Below are positions 19,592 to 29,351 of a stretch of DNA of 64,000 nucleotides, piece after piece (position 1 is the first letter of the stretch; the number at the start of each line of letters is the position of its first letter). A program made the position numbers and the translations under genes. Source of the stretch: a virus. The DNA is taken from positions 32,001 through 96,000 of the IMG/VR virus record IMGVR_UViG_3300014208_000033. One strand, given 5' to 3'. The notes beneath the pieces are model-generated. The model was not told where the DNA came from. It worked only from the letters and a program-made list of their open reading frames with translations, and ran no database searches.

Positions 19592-20451
19592 ATCATATAC
19601 CTTTCACAAGTACAACAGTGTTCGATGTGTTCTTGCTTAGTCATTCTATTTCGGATCTCATTCATTCTAACCCCATTGAAAGCTTCATAGATATTCCCAT
19701 AGAAAGGAGCATCAAAGAAGTCTCCAAAGGTACACTTAGCATTCAAATCAGCACAGCACTTACCAACTTGCCAGTTAGAATACAGAACGAGTGTATTGAA
19801 AGGGAACGAACACTGTTTCGGGTACTGATAGTTACAATTATCAGTAGGTCCATTATCCCAATTATGAGTCTTACGAACATATGTTCGAGAATTGAGAAAC
19901 ATTATTTCATTATACGCTTGAATTAAATTCACATCTGGAACATCATACATTATTCCATTAGGAATGATAGACTGAATAACGGTCTTAATGTTCTTAGACT
20001 CATACACTCTCTCGCAATGGTCCTTGATCCTAAGAGCTATATTTCCACGGTTCCTGATACCGCGCGTAAGCTCATAAGTATTCTCATCGTAACCGTCGAG
20101 AGAGAAGCTAATAGTGGTTACAGATTTGTCGTTAGGGAGCGACTTGAGGTGTTCCGAAAATTCGGAACGCCACAGAGAGCCGTTAGTGTGAACTAAGCAG
20201 TTATAACCTAAGATGTTACAGATTGAAATGAACTTCAAGAAATCAGGATGGGTTGTAGGCTCACCAGAAAGAAACAGTCTAATCTCAGGAAGATTCTCAG
20301 GGTGCTCGATCTTATATCGCTCAAGCACCTCATGAAAAATCTCAGGGTCCATAAAATGAACTAGTCGCTTTTTCTCGTCACCACAGATACGGCAGTTGTA
20401 ATTACAGCCGTTAGTGATCTCAAAGTTGACTACCTGTAACTGAGACTTCAC
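19588..20451 (-). CDS. Radical SAM protein with SPASM/twitch domain
   Basis: CNYNCRIC, GEPT, TNG, C-terminal CSFPF...CC.D...CCTC. Confidence 0.9.
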   Translation of the reverse strand: MKSQLQVVNFEITNGCNYNCRICGDEKKRLVHFMDPEIFHEVLERYKIEHPENLPEIRLFLSGEPTTHPDFLKFISICNILGYNCLVHTNGSLWRSEFSEHLKSLPNDKSVTTISFSLDGYDENTYELTRGIRNRGNIALRIKDHCERVYESKNIKTVIQSIIPNGIMYDVPDVNLIQAYNEIMFLNSRTYVRKTHNWDNGPTDNCNYQYPKQCSFPFNTLVLYSNWQVGKCCADLNAKCTFGDFFDAPFYGNIYEAFNGVRMNEIRNRMTKQEHIEHCCTCERYMI

Positions 20452-21038
20452 AACTTCACCGCTTCAATCCTGAAACAAGGCTCATCCTTTGCGTGATAGT
20501 CTGTTCCATCAGAGACGTTAGTGACCTTGAGATTAAGCTTTCCAAACATTTCGATGAGTTCCCACCGGCTGAATCCCCAGGTATGAACATCACCGATGTT
20601 ACGGTCAAGTCCGTAGAAGTGCTTCTTCAAATTCCATGTAGCCTTAGTATCGTTGTAAGCGCATGCATCATAATACTTATAGACCAACTTATCGAAATCA
20701 GGAACTTCGATAACAAGAGTTCCTCCTACCTTCAAGAACTTAATCCACTTGATCAGGATATCTTCAGTACAGGTGTTGTACTGGCTCTGACAGTTGTTAC
20801 GCGGGCGCCCAAGATGCTCAAGTGCATGATAAGACGAAATCTCATCAGCCACTTCATAGTCCCTCTGGAAGAACTTATAGAGGTTTTTGAGTGTAGTGAT
20901 GTTGTCACAGAGGAAATAGTTAGGTGGCTTCATATCAGCCAACATAGGCTTAATGTCCACGTTCACATAACCGTTCATGTAACAGGCACCAGAGCCGAAG
21001 TTAAACTTTCGCGGGACGGTTCGCAATAACTCGTTCAT
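20448..21038 (-). CDS. Class I SAM-dependent methyltransferase
   Basis: NFGSG..GYVNVD, HALEH, LKVGG...VPD; start moved to the ATG at 21038. Confidence 0.8.
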   Translation of the reverse strand: MNELLRTVPRKFNFGSGACYMNGYVNVDIKPMLADMKPPNYFLCDNITTLKNLYKFFQRDYEVADEISSYHALEHLGRPRNNCQSQYNTCTEDILIKWIKFLKVGGTLVIEVPDFDKLVYKYYDACAYNDTKATWNLKKHFYGLDRNIGDVHTWGFSRWELIEMFGKLNLKVTNVSDGTDYHAKDEPCFRIEAVKL

Positions 21039-21819
21039 TTTTACCAAATCTCTCTTCAAACTCTTTTGACCACTTATTGTAGAGTTTCTGCTTGTTACGC
21101 TCAAAGTCTTCCACTACTGTAATTCGGTTCTTCCTCTTGAAGTCATCGTAGAACGACAAGAAAATCGGAAACGACAAATAGTGAAAGTTCTTGTGGAAGT
21201 GAGTAAGGATATAATCCCAGTCAACCAATCGAGTGAACTGTTCATCAAATCTGATATCAGACTTAGAGAAGAAACACTGATTCAAGTCAATTCGATTACT
21301 CTGCAACTCAGCCTTAAAGTCCAGGTTAGGCTCAACCCTAAACCCAACGTGGAACAATCCTGGACTGTTGTGGTAATGCTTCTGCTGCCTGATAACAGCC
21401 TGCCCCACGCAAAGGAGGAGTCGTTGAGTAAGAGGCTCAAGCTGAGGATACTGCTTCATCAGCTTAATGTGGTCAGTGACTTTCTTCAACGCCTCGATAT
21501 GATACCAGTTATCACAGTCAAGGAACCCGACGTATGAGCCTGCAACATTCTCAAGGCCAACGTTCCTACTGTAGCTCACACCTTTGCGTTTGTTGTTTAC
21601 GATTATTCGGATTCTTGGATCAGCTAATGCTGCATGCATTTCATCTCTGAGACAACCCTGAGACTTTTTACCGTCAAAGATGATATTCCACATGAAGTTC
21701 GTGTGAGTCTGTGCAAGCATGTTCGTAACACAGACTTGAAAGAGTTCATGGTTTGGCTTGTATACAGGTGTGATGATAGTGATCTTATCATCTAAGTGTT
21801 GCTTAAGATCGACGATCAT
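21001..21819 (-). CDS. Glycosyltransferase family 2
   Basis: ITIITPVY, SRNVG, FLDCD, DWD. Confidence 0.85.
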   Translation of the reverse strand: MIVDLKQHLDDKITIITPVYKPNHELFQVCVTNMLAQTHTNFMWNIIFDGKKSQGCLRDEMHAALADPRIRIIVNNKRKGVSYSRNVGLENVAGSYVGFLDCDNWYHIEALKKVTDHIKLMKQYPQLEPLTQRLLLCVGQAVIRQQKHYHNSPGLFHVGFRVEPNLDFKAELQSNRIDLNQCFFSKSDIRFDEQFTRLVDWDYILTHFHKNFHYLSFPIFLSFYDDFKRKNRITVVEDFERNKQKLYNKWSKEFEERFGKNERVIANRPAKV

Positions 21820-23035
21820 TTCGCTTCACAATTCCTTCCGCTGTGAAAAAGTATTTCTTGTCCTTGAGTGAGAGTTTGTGCTCTGAGATCATGTTAGTAA
21901 GTCTCTCAGCCTGGATAGAGTCTCTGATCTCACGCTCGTAGTCAGCCTTCTCATCCTCATCGATGTTATAGCTGAACGTCTTACTTCGCTCACTGAGATG
22001 ATTAAGCACACTCATCCACTTAGGAGCCATCTTGTTAATGTGATAATTTTCCATCACATATTTATAAGCAGCCTTGCCAACCTCAGTGATCTTTGAACGG
22101 TTTTCAATCAGCGACTCAAGAATACCAGGAAAATCCTCAATCTTATCAGCCAAGAAACCATTCTCACCATTGACGATATCTTTGTTCCAAAGCTGACAAT
22201 TAGAACCAACGAAACACCGCTTGAACATACCAGTCTCAAGGAACTTGATATTCGACTTGCACACCGAGAACTCATTTTCCACCAGCGGGGCAATGCAGAT
22301 ATCGAAGTCGAGACTGAACAGCATATCGTAGAAGTTGTTTGAGTTAACCCACGGGAACAACTGAACCATTCCAGTTTTCATCAAATTCAGCGGAGCCCAA
22401 CCAAGGAAACAGAAATCGACCTTATCGTAATACTTCTTAACTAGTGGAACAAGCAAGTCATCAAGGACTTTCCAGTCCTCTTGATGGTGCATTCCACCCC
22501 ACCAGCCGACAGAGATTTTTCGCTTAGAAATGAAAGAAGAACGCTGACTATCGATCTCAGATTCGCTATGAGATTGATATATCGCGTTCGGTATAACAAC
22601 TATGTTTTCAGTTCTACCAGTAGCCTTAGTCACAGCCTCTTTCAACTGAGGTGTCGTAGTGGTGATGATCTCAATCTTAGACAGCGCGAGCTTATGAGTA
22701 TCGATAGGGTCTTTCTTGGAAGTCCTCTTATACTCAAGCAGATCCCAATAGCAAGGGTTATGTGACGGCAGGGCGAAGAAGTTATCATCAATATCAACGT
22801 ATGAAATTGACTTAAACCTATTCACTCTGTTCATCATCTCATCGCCCATTGGACGCTGGAACCCAATCACATCAAATTTGTGGTTCTCCCTACCAAACCA
22901 CTCATAGTCAAGAATAACATCAGAGCCACATGCATCAATCTGATCTAAGTCATTCAAGTGGGCGAGAGGAATATATCCACGGTAAAAATAACACCCACCG
23001 TTATCAGGAGCCAGAAACAGAGGTCTTGGTTTCAT
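21803..23035 (-). CDS. Glycosyltransferase family 4 (GT-B)
   Basis: GCYFYR..P, DIDD, VIPN, APL...KSNIKFLE; start moved to the ATG at 23035. Confidence 0.85.
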   Translation of the reverse strand: MKPRPLFLAPDNGGCYFYRGYIPLAHLNDLDQIDACGSDVILDYEWFGRENHKFDVIGFQRPMGDEMMNRVNRFKSISYVDIDDNFFALPSHNPCYWDLLEYKRTSKKDPIDTHKLALSKIEIITTTTPQLKEAVTKATGRTENIVVIPNAIYQSHSESEIDSQRSSFISKRKISVGWWGGMHHQEDWKVLDDLLVPLVKKYYDKVDFCFLGWAPLNLMKTGMVQLFPWVNSNNFYDMLFSLDFDICIAPLVENEFSVCKSNIKFLETGMFKRCFVGSNCQLWNKDIVNGENGFLADKIEDFPGILESLIENRSKITEVGKAAYKYVMENYHINKMAPKWMSVLNHLSERSKTFSYNIDEDEKADYEREIRDSIQAERLTNMISEHKLSLKDKKYFFTAEGIVKRNDRRS

Positions 23036-23207
23036 TATTCTCCACCTTTGCGAAAAGCATTGCAGTATTGAGGAAAGCAAGTGCAGTAAAGACACCACCA
23101 ATTACGTTATACCAGAAGAACACATGGTTAAGCATGAATGCAGAGAAAGCAAGTTCAGCAGCAACTACGATAGATTGTGCTGTAGCCTTACTAGATGAGT
23201 GAGTCAT
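23004..23207 (-). CDS. Small two-TM membrane protein
   Basis: Two hydrophobic stretches; RBS AAGGA directly after the tRNA. Confidence 0.45.
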   Translation of the reverse strand: MTHSSSKATAQSIVVAAELAFSAFMLNHVFFWYNVIGGVFTALAFLNTAMLFAKVENNETKTSVSGS

Positions 23208-23220
23208 TGTTAATCCTTTT

Positions 23221-23297
23221 TGGTGGGCGTAGCAGGGTTCAAACCTGCAACTAAACGGGTAGAGGCCGTTTTCTCTATTCATTTGAGTTATACGCCC
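23221..23297 (-). tRNA. tRNA-Arg(UCU), atypical (C33)
   Basis: GGGCGTA/TACGCCC acceptor stem plus ACCA; AACGG-CCTCTAC-CCGTT anticodon arm; A20 as in Arg tRNAs. Confidence 0.75.
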
Positions 23298-23306
23298 AGT
23301 AAATTG

Positions 23307-23894
23307 TTACTTCTTCAACTTCAAGAAAATCTCAGTAGGGATGATTCGGCTCAACTGCTTGAAGTCAGCCTTATGAGTCTCAAAGGTCGGGAGTTCATTC
23401 AGAGGCTCGTACTTCTCACCACAGAGATTCTTGATAGCAGTAAGATAGCCGATGTGCTTATCATCAGCATCATTTCGAGCCTGAAGAGCAAAAGCGTAAC
23501 GCCAGTAATACTGCTCACCAATACTCATGAACTCAGCAGCAAGGCTAATTGCTCGACTATTGCTATTAACGATCTTGTTGATCCTATCCTTCAGATTAGA
23601 TAGCACTATTTCATTAAGCAGCCTCGACTTCTTCATCGCATCATATCCACGCTGAAGGTCAATGATGAAATGAATAGTGCTAGGAAGTCCAGCAATCCTA
23701 CCGTAACGACGAGTCCTAGAAGTGAAGAGCCCAAAGTAGAAACGACTCTCTTGATTGCGATTATTCGTAGTACCGAACTCATCATCACTGTCAATGGGCT
23801 TGAAGTAGTCTCCACGAAGTTGAACCTTATAGAAGTCATCATCATTACTACGAAGCTTTTCAAGCTTATTCATGATCCTACCACTGTACAGCAT
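23307..23894 (-). CDS. Hypothetical protein
   Basis: 195-aa ORF directly downstream of the purA-like gene. Confidence 0.55.
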   Translation of the reverse strand: MLYSGRIMNKLEKLRSNDDDFYKVQLRGDYFKPIDSDDEFGTTNNRNQESRFYFGLFTSRTRRYGRIAGLPSTIHFIIDLQRGYDAMKKSRLLNEIVLSNLKDRINKIVNSNSRAISLAAEFMSIGEQYYWRYAFALQARNDADDKHIGYLTAIKNLCGEKYEPLNELPTFETHKADFKQLSRIIPTEIFLKLKK

Positions 23895-23907
23895 ATCTAA
23901 CCTTTCT

Positions 23908-25056
23908 TTACATTGTTCTGATGGTTCCGTCAGTTGCTACACCAATGAGAGCACCTTTAGTAAGTTCATAAGTTCCAGTACCCCAAGTAACAGGAACAAA
24001 TCCAGATTCGATCATCTGGTGTCGTTCAGGACCACTACCAAACAAAACACAGGGGGTAGTTAGGTTGTTCTTCATAAAAGAAGAAAAAGCTTCAAAATTC
24101 TTAATTAAGTGCCCACCCCACTTGGAATAAACCCTAAATCCATCAATCTTTTCAATCATATCAGTTTTAGTGAAGCAAAGACCTGTGACTCCAGCCAACT
24201 CAATGACATACTTCAACTCTTCAATATCCAACCACCCAAGCACCATCGGTCGATTATTTGGATCACCGTATTCGTACTCCATTCCAATAGTACGAATAGT
24301 TTCAATTGTCTTACTAAATTCAACTGGTCGGCCCATTCGACCTGCACCAGTACGGGTGTTATATATCTTGCTAATTCCAAGAATCTCAAGATCACGAAGT
24401 TCTTGCCTCATACCAAATGAAGTAAGAACATTGGCAGGCATTGTTCGTTGACTAACAAAAGGATAATCACCGTGAACAAGATCAAGCTGAACACTCTGAG
24501 AACCTTCAAAGAGAACTCGTTTACCGTTGGAAATGAGATCATTAACAAGATCGAAAGTATTTACAATGAACACACCTTCAATAGAACTAAGAGTTTCATT
24601 TCCAAGAACAGTCATAGCAGTTCGATTAGCTCGTCGTGCAGCGGCGGGGCCAATACCTTTACCAGTAGTTAAAAGGCCGTCGTTAGGATGATCAGCCTTG
24701 ATATCTTCATCGGTAATTACGATACACTTCTTATCGATGTAGAGATCAAACTTCACATCAGGATTAGTCTTACGAACGTAATCAATCTCGATTTCGAGAG
24801 TCTTGGGATTTACATAGCACTCAGGTCCAATGATGCACATCTTACCAGAAGCACAACCAGAAGGAAGGTGATTAAGTTCAAGCCGAATCTTATCATTGAT
24901 CTTGATTCCGTGTCCAGCATTAGGACCACCGGTAAATCGAACAACTGCATCGTAGTTCTTGTTAGAAGCAAGATAGTCAATAACTTTACCCTTGCCTTCG
25001 TCTCCATGTGTAATACCAACGACACAGAGGCATTGACGATCAAACATCTTCTTCAC
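23908..25056 (-). CDS. purA: Adenylosuccinate synthetase-like protein (divergent PurA)
   Basis: GDEGKGK, GGPNAGH, TTGKGIGP, EGSQ..LD..HGDYPFV, TKTD, GPER. Confidence 0.85.
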   Translation of the reverse strand: MKKMFDRQCLCVVGITHGDEGKGKVIDYLASNKNYDAVVRFTGGPNAGHGIKINDKIRLELNHLPSGCASGKMCIIGPECYVNPKTLEIEIDYVRKTNPDVKFDLYIDKKCIVITDEDIKADHPNDGLLTTGKGIGPAAARRANRTAMTVLGNETLSSIEGVFIVNTFDLVNDLISNGKRVLFEGSQSVQLDLVHGDYPFVSQRTMPANVLTSFGMRQELRDLEILGISKIYNTRTGAGRMGRPVEFSKTIETIRTIGMEYEYGDPNNRPMVLGWLDIEELKYVIELAGVTGLCFTKTDMIEKIDGFRVYSKWGGHLIKNFEAFSSFMKNNLTTPCVLFGSGPERHQMIESGFVPVTWGTGTYELTKGALIGVATDGTIRTM

Positions 25057-25308
25057 CTTTCACTGTAATTGAGTTAGCAACGTTAGGAAGAACTGACATT
25101 CTAGTTGACATTGAAACGATCTCGATGCCTTTATTGTATTTATCAATCTTCAAATTGAAATTTCCAAACTTAGTCTTTATGATGAAGTTATCAGATATGA
25201 CAACATAACTTTCTTGTGGAAGTGATTTATAGTAACCAACCTTAGACTTCTTCAACTTACATCTTATTTCTTCAAAGTAAATCTTCATCGTTTCTCCTAA
25301 GATATAAA

Positions 25309-25499
25309 TGTTCTCACCGGCTAGAGTTTCTTACTCTAGTTCTTCCAAACTTTCATAGCTTAAAGATTACTGTTGGGCTACCCATGCAATTTCGCGGTAA
25401 TGGGTTAGTTGAGTGGAACGCCTAGTTCTCAACTATTACAGAATCTTTAACTGAAAGACTAATGGCTGTTTTAGACTCATGAAACTAACGGTGAGAACA
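25309..25499 (-). ncRNA. ~190-nt structured RNA (6S-like or novel), copy 1
   Basis: 11-bp closing stem TGTTCTCACCG/CGGTGAGAACA, nested CTTTCA/TGAAAG and TTAAAGATT/AATCTTTAA stems, two apical hairpins; follows tRNA-Ser. Confidence 0.7.
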
Positions 25500-25512
25500 A
25501 GAAAATTGACTA

Positions 25513-25600
25513 TGGCGGATGCTGTAGGATTTGAACCCACGAATGGTTTCCCATTGCCGCATTTCAAGTGCGGTGCCATCAGCCGCTCGGCCAAGCATCC
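25513..25600 (-). tRNA. tRNA-Ser(UGA)
   Basis: CCGCA-CTTGAAA-TGCGG arm, long variable arm, GCCA end. Confidence 0.95.
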
Positions 25601-25603
25601 AGT

Positions 25604-25678
25604 TGGAGCCGACGATTGGATTTGAACCAACAACTTACTGATTACAAATCAGTTACGCTACCGTTGCGTCACGCCGGC
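25604..25678 (-). tRNA. tRNA-Thr(UGU)
   Basis: ACTGA-TTTGTAA-TCAGT arm, CCA end. Confidence 0.95.
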
Positions 25679-25700
25679 TCGTTCTACCTCTTACACATGT

Positions 25701-25729
25701 ATAATACTCTAATCTTCAACTGGAGCCAA
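25701..25729 (-). promoter_or_regulatory. Sigma70-like promoter for the tRNA-Thr/Ser/ncRNA unit
   Basis: TTGGCT-17 bp-TATTAT. Confidence 0.6.
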
Positions 25730-26134
25730 CAATATCTTATGGTTGAATTTGATAGTCCCATCTTCATCTATTACTATAAGAAGTTTGTTCTTCTTCTTAG
25801 CCCAGTTTATCGAGTTGAGTGTTCCATGAGACTTCAAATCCCAAAAGGCTACACATATGTCACAGTCATCTACTATCTTTTCGTTTCTGATGAAGCCGGC
25901 GGCCTTACCTAATGTCTTCCAATCTGGCTTGTAAATCTTAGTTGGAACAGAACACATACTAGCTATGTTCTCAGCACACTTATCAACACCGTTAGCACCA
26001 CCCGAAACAACAATACAGTTCTCAGGAAGATGTTTAACGAAGTTCTCCACTAACTTGAGATTACCGTAATCCCTAGACCCGACTATCGCTATTCGGAGTT
26101 TCTTTGGAGACTTGTTTTTCATAATGATACCCAC
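25709..26134 (-). CDS. SLOG/YspA-like (DUF2493) protein
   Basis: IAIVGSRDY, VSGGANGVD, AGFIRN, AFWD..SHGT. Confidence 0.8.
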   Translation of the reverse strand: MGIIMKNKSPKKLRIAIVGSRDYGNLKLVENFVKHLPENCIVVSGGANGVDKCAENIASMCSVPTKIYKPDWKTLGKAAGFIRNEKIVDDCDICVAFWDLKSHGTLNSINWAKKKNKLLIVIDEDGTIKFNHKILLAPVED

Positions 26135-26648
26135 ACTTACAATGTACTAGCACGGTTTCTGATTTCCATGTTGGTAATTCTATTTCATCAACATGAAAAG
26201 CATCAAAGTTACCGCACCTTGAACAGTAATACTTTGTTCCATAACATTTGTGTTTAATACTCATAGTTTCTTAAAATGACACCCGTTCTCATCTCTATGA
26301 ATATTGAATATCCATTTACCTATATCACCTGCCCCGGTTGTAGCAAATGGGTCTGTTCCAAATTTTACTTCTTCTGAAGTATCTGGATTACAACTAAAAC
26401 CGTAAGGTTCTTCAGAACTGTTTGAAGGAAACACGATCAGTGTAGTTCGTGTTTTGTTTATCCACTCTGCTCGTATATCTCCATCAGGAGACGGTACAAG
26501 CCAGGGAACTTCTATATCGTAAAAAGCTAAAGCACCTTCTATGTAACAACTGACTCGATCTATGTGTTCTTTCGTAAAAGCTTTTCCGTCACCATCAAAC
26601 CAACCGTCTTCCAAACCGGCTATCTTGTTTAACTCTTGCTGTAACTTT

Positions 26649-27554
26649 TCATTCATACACATACTCTCTTTTCAGACTCTTCCAGAGTTTGTAGGATTTG
26701 ATATCACAAGGGTCACAGCCTTCGGGGAGGTAGATGCGGTTGAGGTCAACTAAACCTCTCAGTTGACTTGCTAGGAGTTTGGTGCCTGCTTCCCCGGCCT
26801 CGTCTGAGTCGAGACAGAGGTAGACTTTGGACCAGTGTTTGAGTATTAGGTTGATTTGTTCTGTAGAGGGCTTTGATCCAGATAATGATACTGATGGTTC
26901 TCCGTGTTGTAATACACGCCAGGTATCTCTCGGACCTTCACAAATGATGACATAAGGTTTTGATTTGGATATATCGATTCCGTAAAGGTAATGCTTTTTG
27001 GGGAACTCATATTTGTACTTTCCATGAAGATATTTGAGAGCATAGCCAACACAGCGATCATTATGCATGTATGGAAGGATAAGAGAATCAGAGTGCAGAA
27101 AGTTTCCCATAGGATCTTTTGCAAGATCGATACCGACACCAAGAGTATGAAGTACGTCAACATCGAATTTGTTCTCCAAGACGTGAGGATGGTTGTACGG
27201 TATCAATTTGTAAGTCTTAGGAAGTTTAACTTCCTGTTCCACGAACTTAAAGTTCTCGACTGGATCATCAGCAAACACATCAGTCGGATCATAGTGGAAC
27301 TTATTGGTTAGAATATACTTAGCTCTGTCGTAAGTAACTTCAGCTATGAGCGTTACGAACTTAGTGATTGTCCCTGATTGCCCACAGTCAGCAGAGTAGC
27401 AATGCCACTTACCAGTTCGCGCATTGATTGAAGAGTTATGCTTTTGATGGCCTGAGGATTGGTGAAACGGGCAGAGGTACTTTAACTCGTCGTCACATCG
27501 ATGCACAATTGGTACATCGTAGTAGTTAAAGACTTCTTCGACGGGAGGACGCAT
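26649..27554 (-). CDS. DNA primase (zinc finger + Toprim)
   Basis: CPFH...WHCY..C, ICEGPRD, LDSDEAG, DPCD. Confidence 0.9.
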   Translation of the reverse strand: MRPPVEEVFNYYDVPIVHRCDDELKYLCPFHQSSGHQKHNSSINARTGKWHCYSADCGQSGTITKFVTLIAEVTYDRAKYILTNKFHYDPTDVFADDPVENFKFVEQEVKLPKTYKLIPYNHPHVLENKFDVDVLHTLGVGIDLAKDPMGNFLHSDSLILPYMHNDRCVGYALKYLHGKYKYEFPKKHYLYGIDISKSKPYVIICEGPRDTWRVLQHGEPSVSLSGSKPSTEQINLILKHWSKVYLCLDSDEAGEAGTKLLASQLRGLVDLNRIYLPEGCDPCDIKSYKLWKSLKREYVYE

Positions 27555-27776
27555 AATACTCTCGTATATCCTCAGGAGTCCAGAGTTCACCTGTTTGAAA
27601 GTCCAAGATATTTTGGTCGTTCTTATCAAGAAAATACTCGCAAAGGAGGCTGTGAAATCTGACCTTTGATAAGGACGAATAATCATCGGAAGTCAGTTCT
27701 ACTCCATGAGGAAACACCCTCATTTTACTTCCACCTATGATTGGAACAAATTGAATGCAGAAGAACACACCACAAC

Positions 27777-28394
27777 TCATGGTAAGTACCTCATAAACAG
27801 TTTAGTCAAGTGACAAGAGGTTTCAATCTCGCTAAGAGTCCAGAAGTTCTTTCCCTTAACGTAGTCAATGTACTGCTTTTTGATTAGATGCCTAATCACA
27901 TTGTTGATCCTGGTAGTGGAGAAAACGAATTCCGAATATTCGGAAAGCAGCGCCGAGTCTTTGCAGGCGATGAGATTTTCTCCGACAAGTAAAACCGAAA
28001 CATCTGACGGATTCTTAATCTGCTTGAAGAAGGAGCCAACCTTTGCGAAGAGTTGCTTTCGTGATTGCAGAAATCGGTCAACGTAAACAGAGAAAATCGA
28101 AGCATAGATCCCCCCTATGCTCAGAACAACATTCTTCACTTCATCGAGTCCTCTATCGTCAGTATCAACTGAGTAGTTGATGTTATAGTCTCTGAACAGG
28201 TTGAACCAATACTGCTTACCAAGCTTCTTCTTCAAGATGTAGTTACGCTCTGGATTCTTGGAGTTCCAGTAGTTGAAGATCAACGGTAAGCACTTGATGG
28301 AGAATGTAGGATTGACGAGATTAAGATCCTTCACTCTCCAAGTTTCCAGGGTATCTCGTCTAACAAATCGTCGGTCACTGAAGGATCGTGGCAT
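27777..28394 (-). CDS. Hypothetical protein (replication region)
   Basis: 205-aa ORF in a tightly packed operon. Confidence 0.5.
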   Translation of the reverse strand: MPRSFSDRRFVRRDTLETWRVKDLNLVNPTFSIKCLPLIFNYWNSKNPERNYILKKKLGKQYWFNLFRDYNINYSVDTDDRGLDEVKNVVLSIGGIYASIFSVYVDRFLQSRKQLFAKVGSFFKQIKNPSDVSVLLVGENLIACKDSALLSEYSEFVFSTTRINNVIRHLIKKQYIDYVKGKNFWTLSEIETSCHLTKLFMRYLP

Positions 28395-28721
28395 TTGATG
28401 ACTCCGATGATCTTATGCAAATTATCATAAGTGCTTTCAAGGATATGACCTATATCTAAGTGAAGTCCATCATCATCGGTCTTGAACGCAAAGGAGGGTT
28501 TGATGATGCCTAAGCCTGAGACGTTGAAGTTTTTCTTGTGAAGAAGTGTCTCAAAGAAACACTGTTGGAAAATCTCATAGAGTGAGTCAAGTGTCGGCTC
28601 GTCTAGGTTAGTGAAGCGGAGCAATTTCTTGAAGATGTTTTTGTTGAAGTTGAATGTCTCATGATCTTTAGTGTGCTCTTGTTTGAGCCATGAGTCAATT
28701 TTGTAGTTGCTGCCGTATTTC

Positions 28722-29351
28722 TTACGACTTGGGTTCATTGAATATCACATCAGATCGAGTCTTAACAATGTCTAACATCTTCTGAAGCATCTCTTTGATT
28801 TCCCACTGAGCGCCGTCTTTCCAGAGACGAAGCTTCAGAACGTGAAGAAGAGTTCTAGCATTCCAGGTGACAAGAATTGAGGTCTTAGCTGCACCTGGAA
28901 GTAAGTAACGGGCGTCCTCAAGTGGAATACCCTTGTCAATCATCTCATTGTATACGTCATACAGATCATTCACACAATCAAGATATTTCAAACCAAGTTC
29001 AGGATTATCGAAAATGGATTGAGGAACAATAGGATCGTTTTCTTGTTTGCAATACCTCATCGACAACTGATGGTATGAAGCTATTCGGTGCCTAACTAAC
29101 TGATGAGAACAACACCGTGAGATACCTTCAACTAAGAAGGTGAACGAGTGATGCTCAAGCAAGCTTGAGTGATCCATGTCGATCACGAACTTCTTAATGA
29201 ACCTGGAGACTTTTTCAAGTTCCGAATTTTCGGAACCGTCATGCTTATTATGACAAATCTTTGCAGCGTAGTAAGTAAGTTTCTCTAAGTCTGTATCACT
29301 ATATTCATTGAGCTTGAGAAACTTCGTCTCAGCTATCAGTTCTACTTTCAC
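28722..29351 (-). CDS. thyX: Flavin-dependent thymidylate synthase
   Basis: HSSLLEH, QLVRHRIASYHQLSMRY, EDARYLLP, AQWEI. Confidence 0.95.
   Translation of the reverse strand: MKVELIAETKFLKLNEYSDTDLEKLTYYAAKICHNKHDGSENSELEKVSRFIKKFVIDMDHSSLLEHHSFTFLVEGISRCCSHQLVRHRIASYHQLSMRYCKQENDPIVPQSIFDNPELGLKYLDCVNDLYDVYNEMIDKGIPLEDARYLLPGAAKTSILVTWNARTLLHVLKLRLWKDGAQWEIKEMLQKMLDIVKTRSDVIFNEPKS

Noticed and set aside
23908-25056. PurZ / Z-genome (2-aminoadenine) system
   Set aside because: Retains Asp in GDEGKG, where PurZ has Ser; no DatZ or MazZ recognised in the window
25309-25499. Y RNA or simple terminator (applies to both ~190-nt elements)
   Set aside because: No Ro60-binding bulged-helix consensus seen; pairing is long-range and multi-branched without a U-tract
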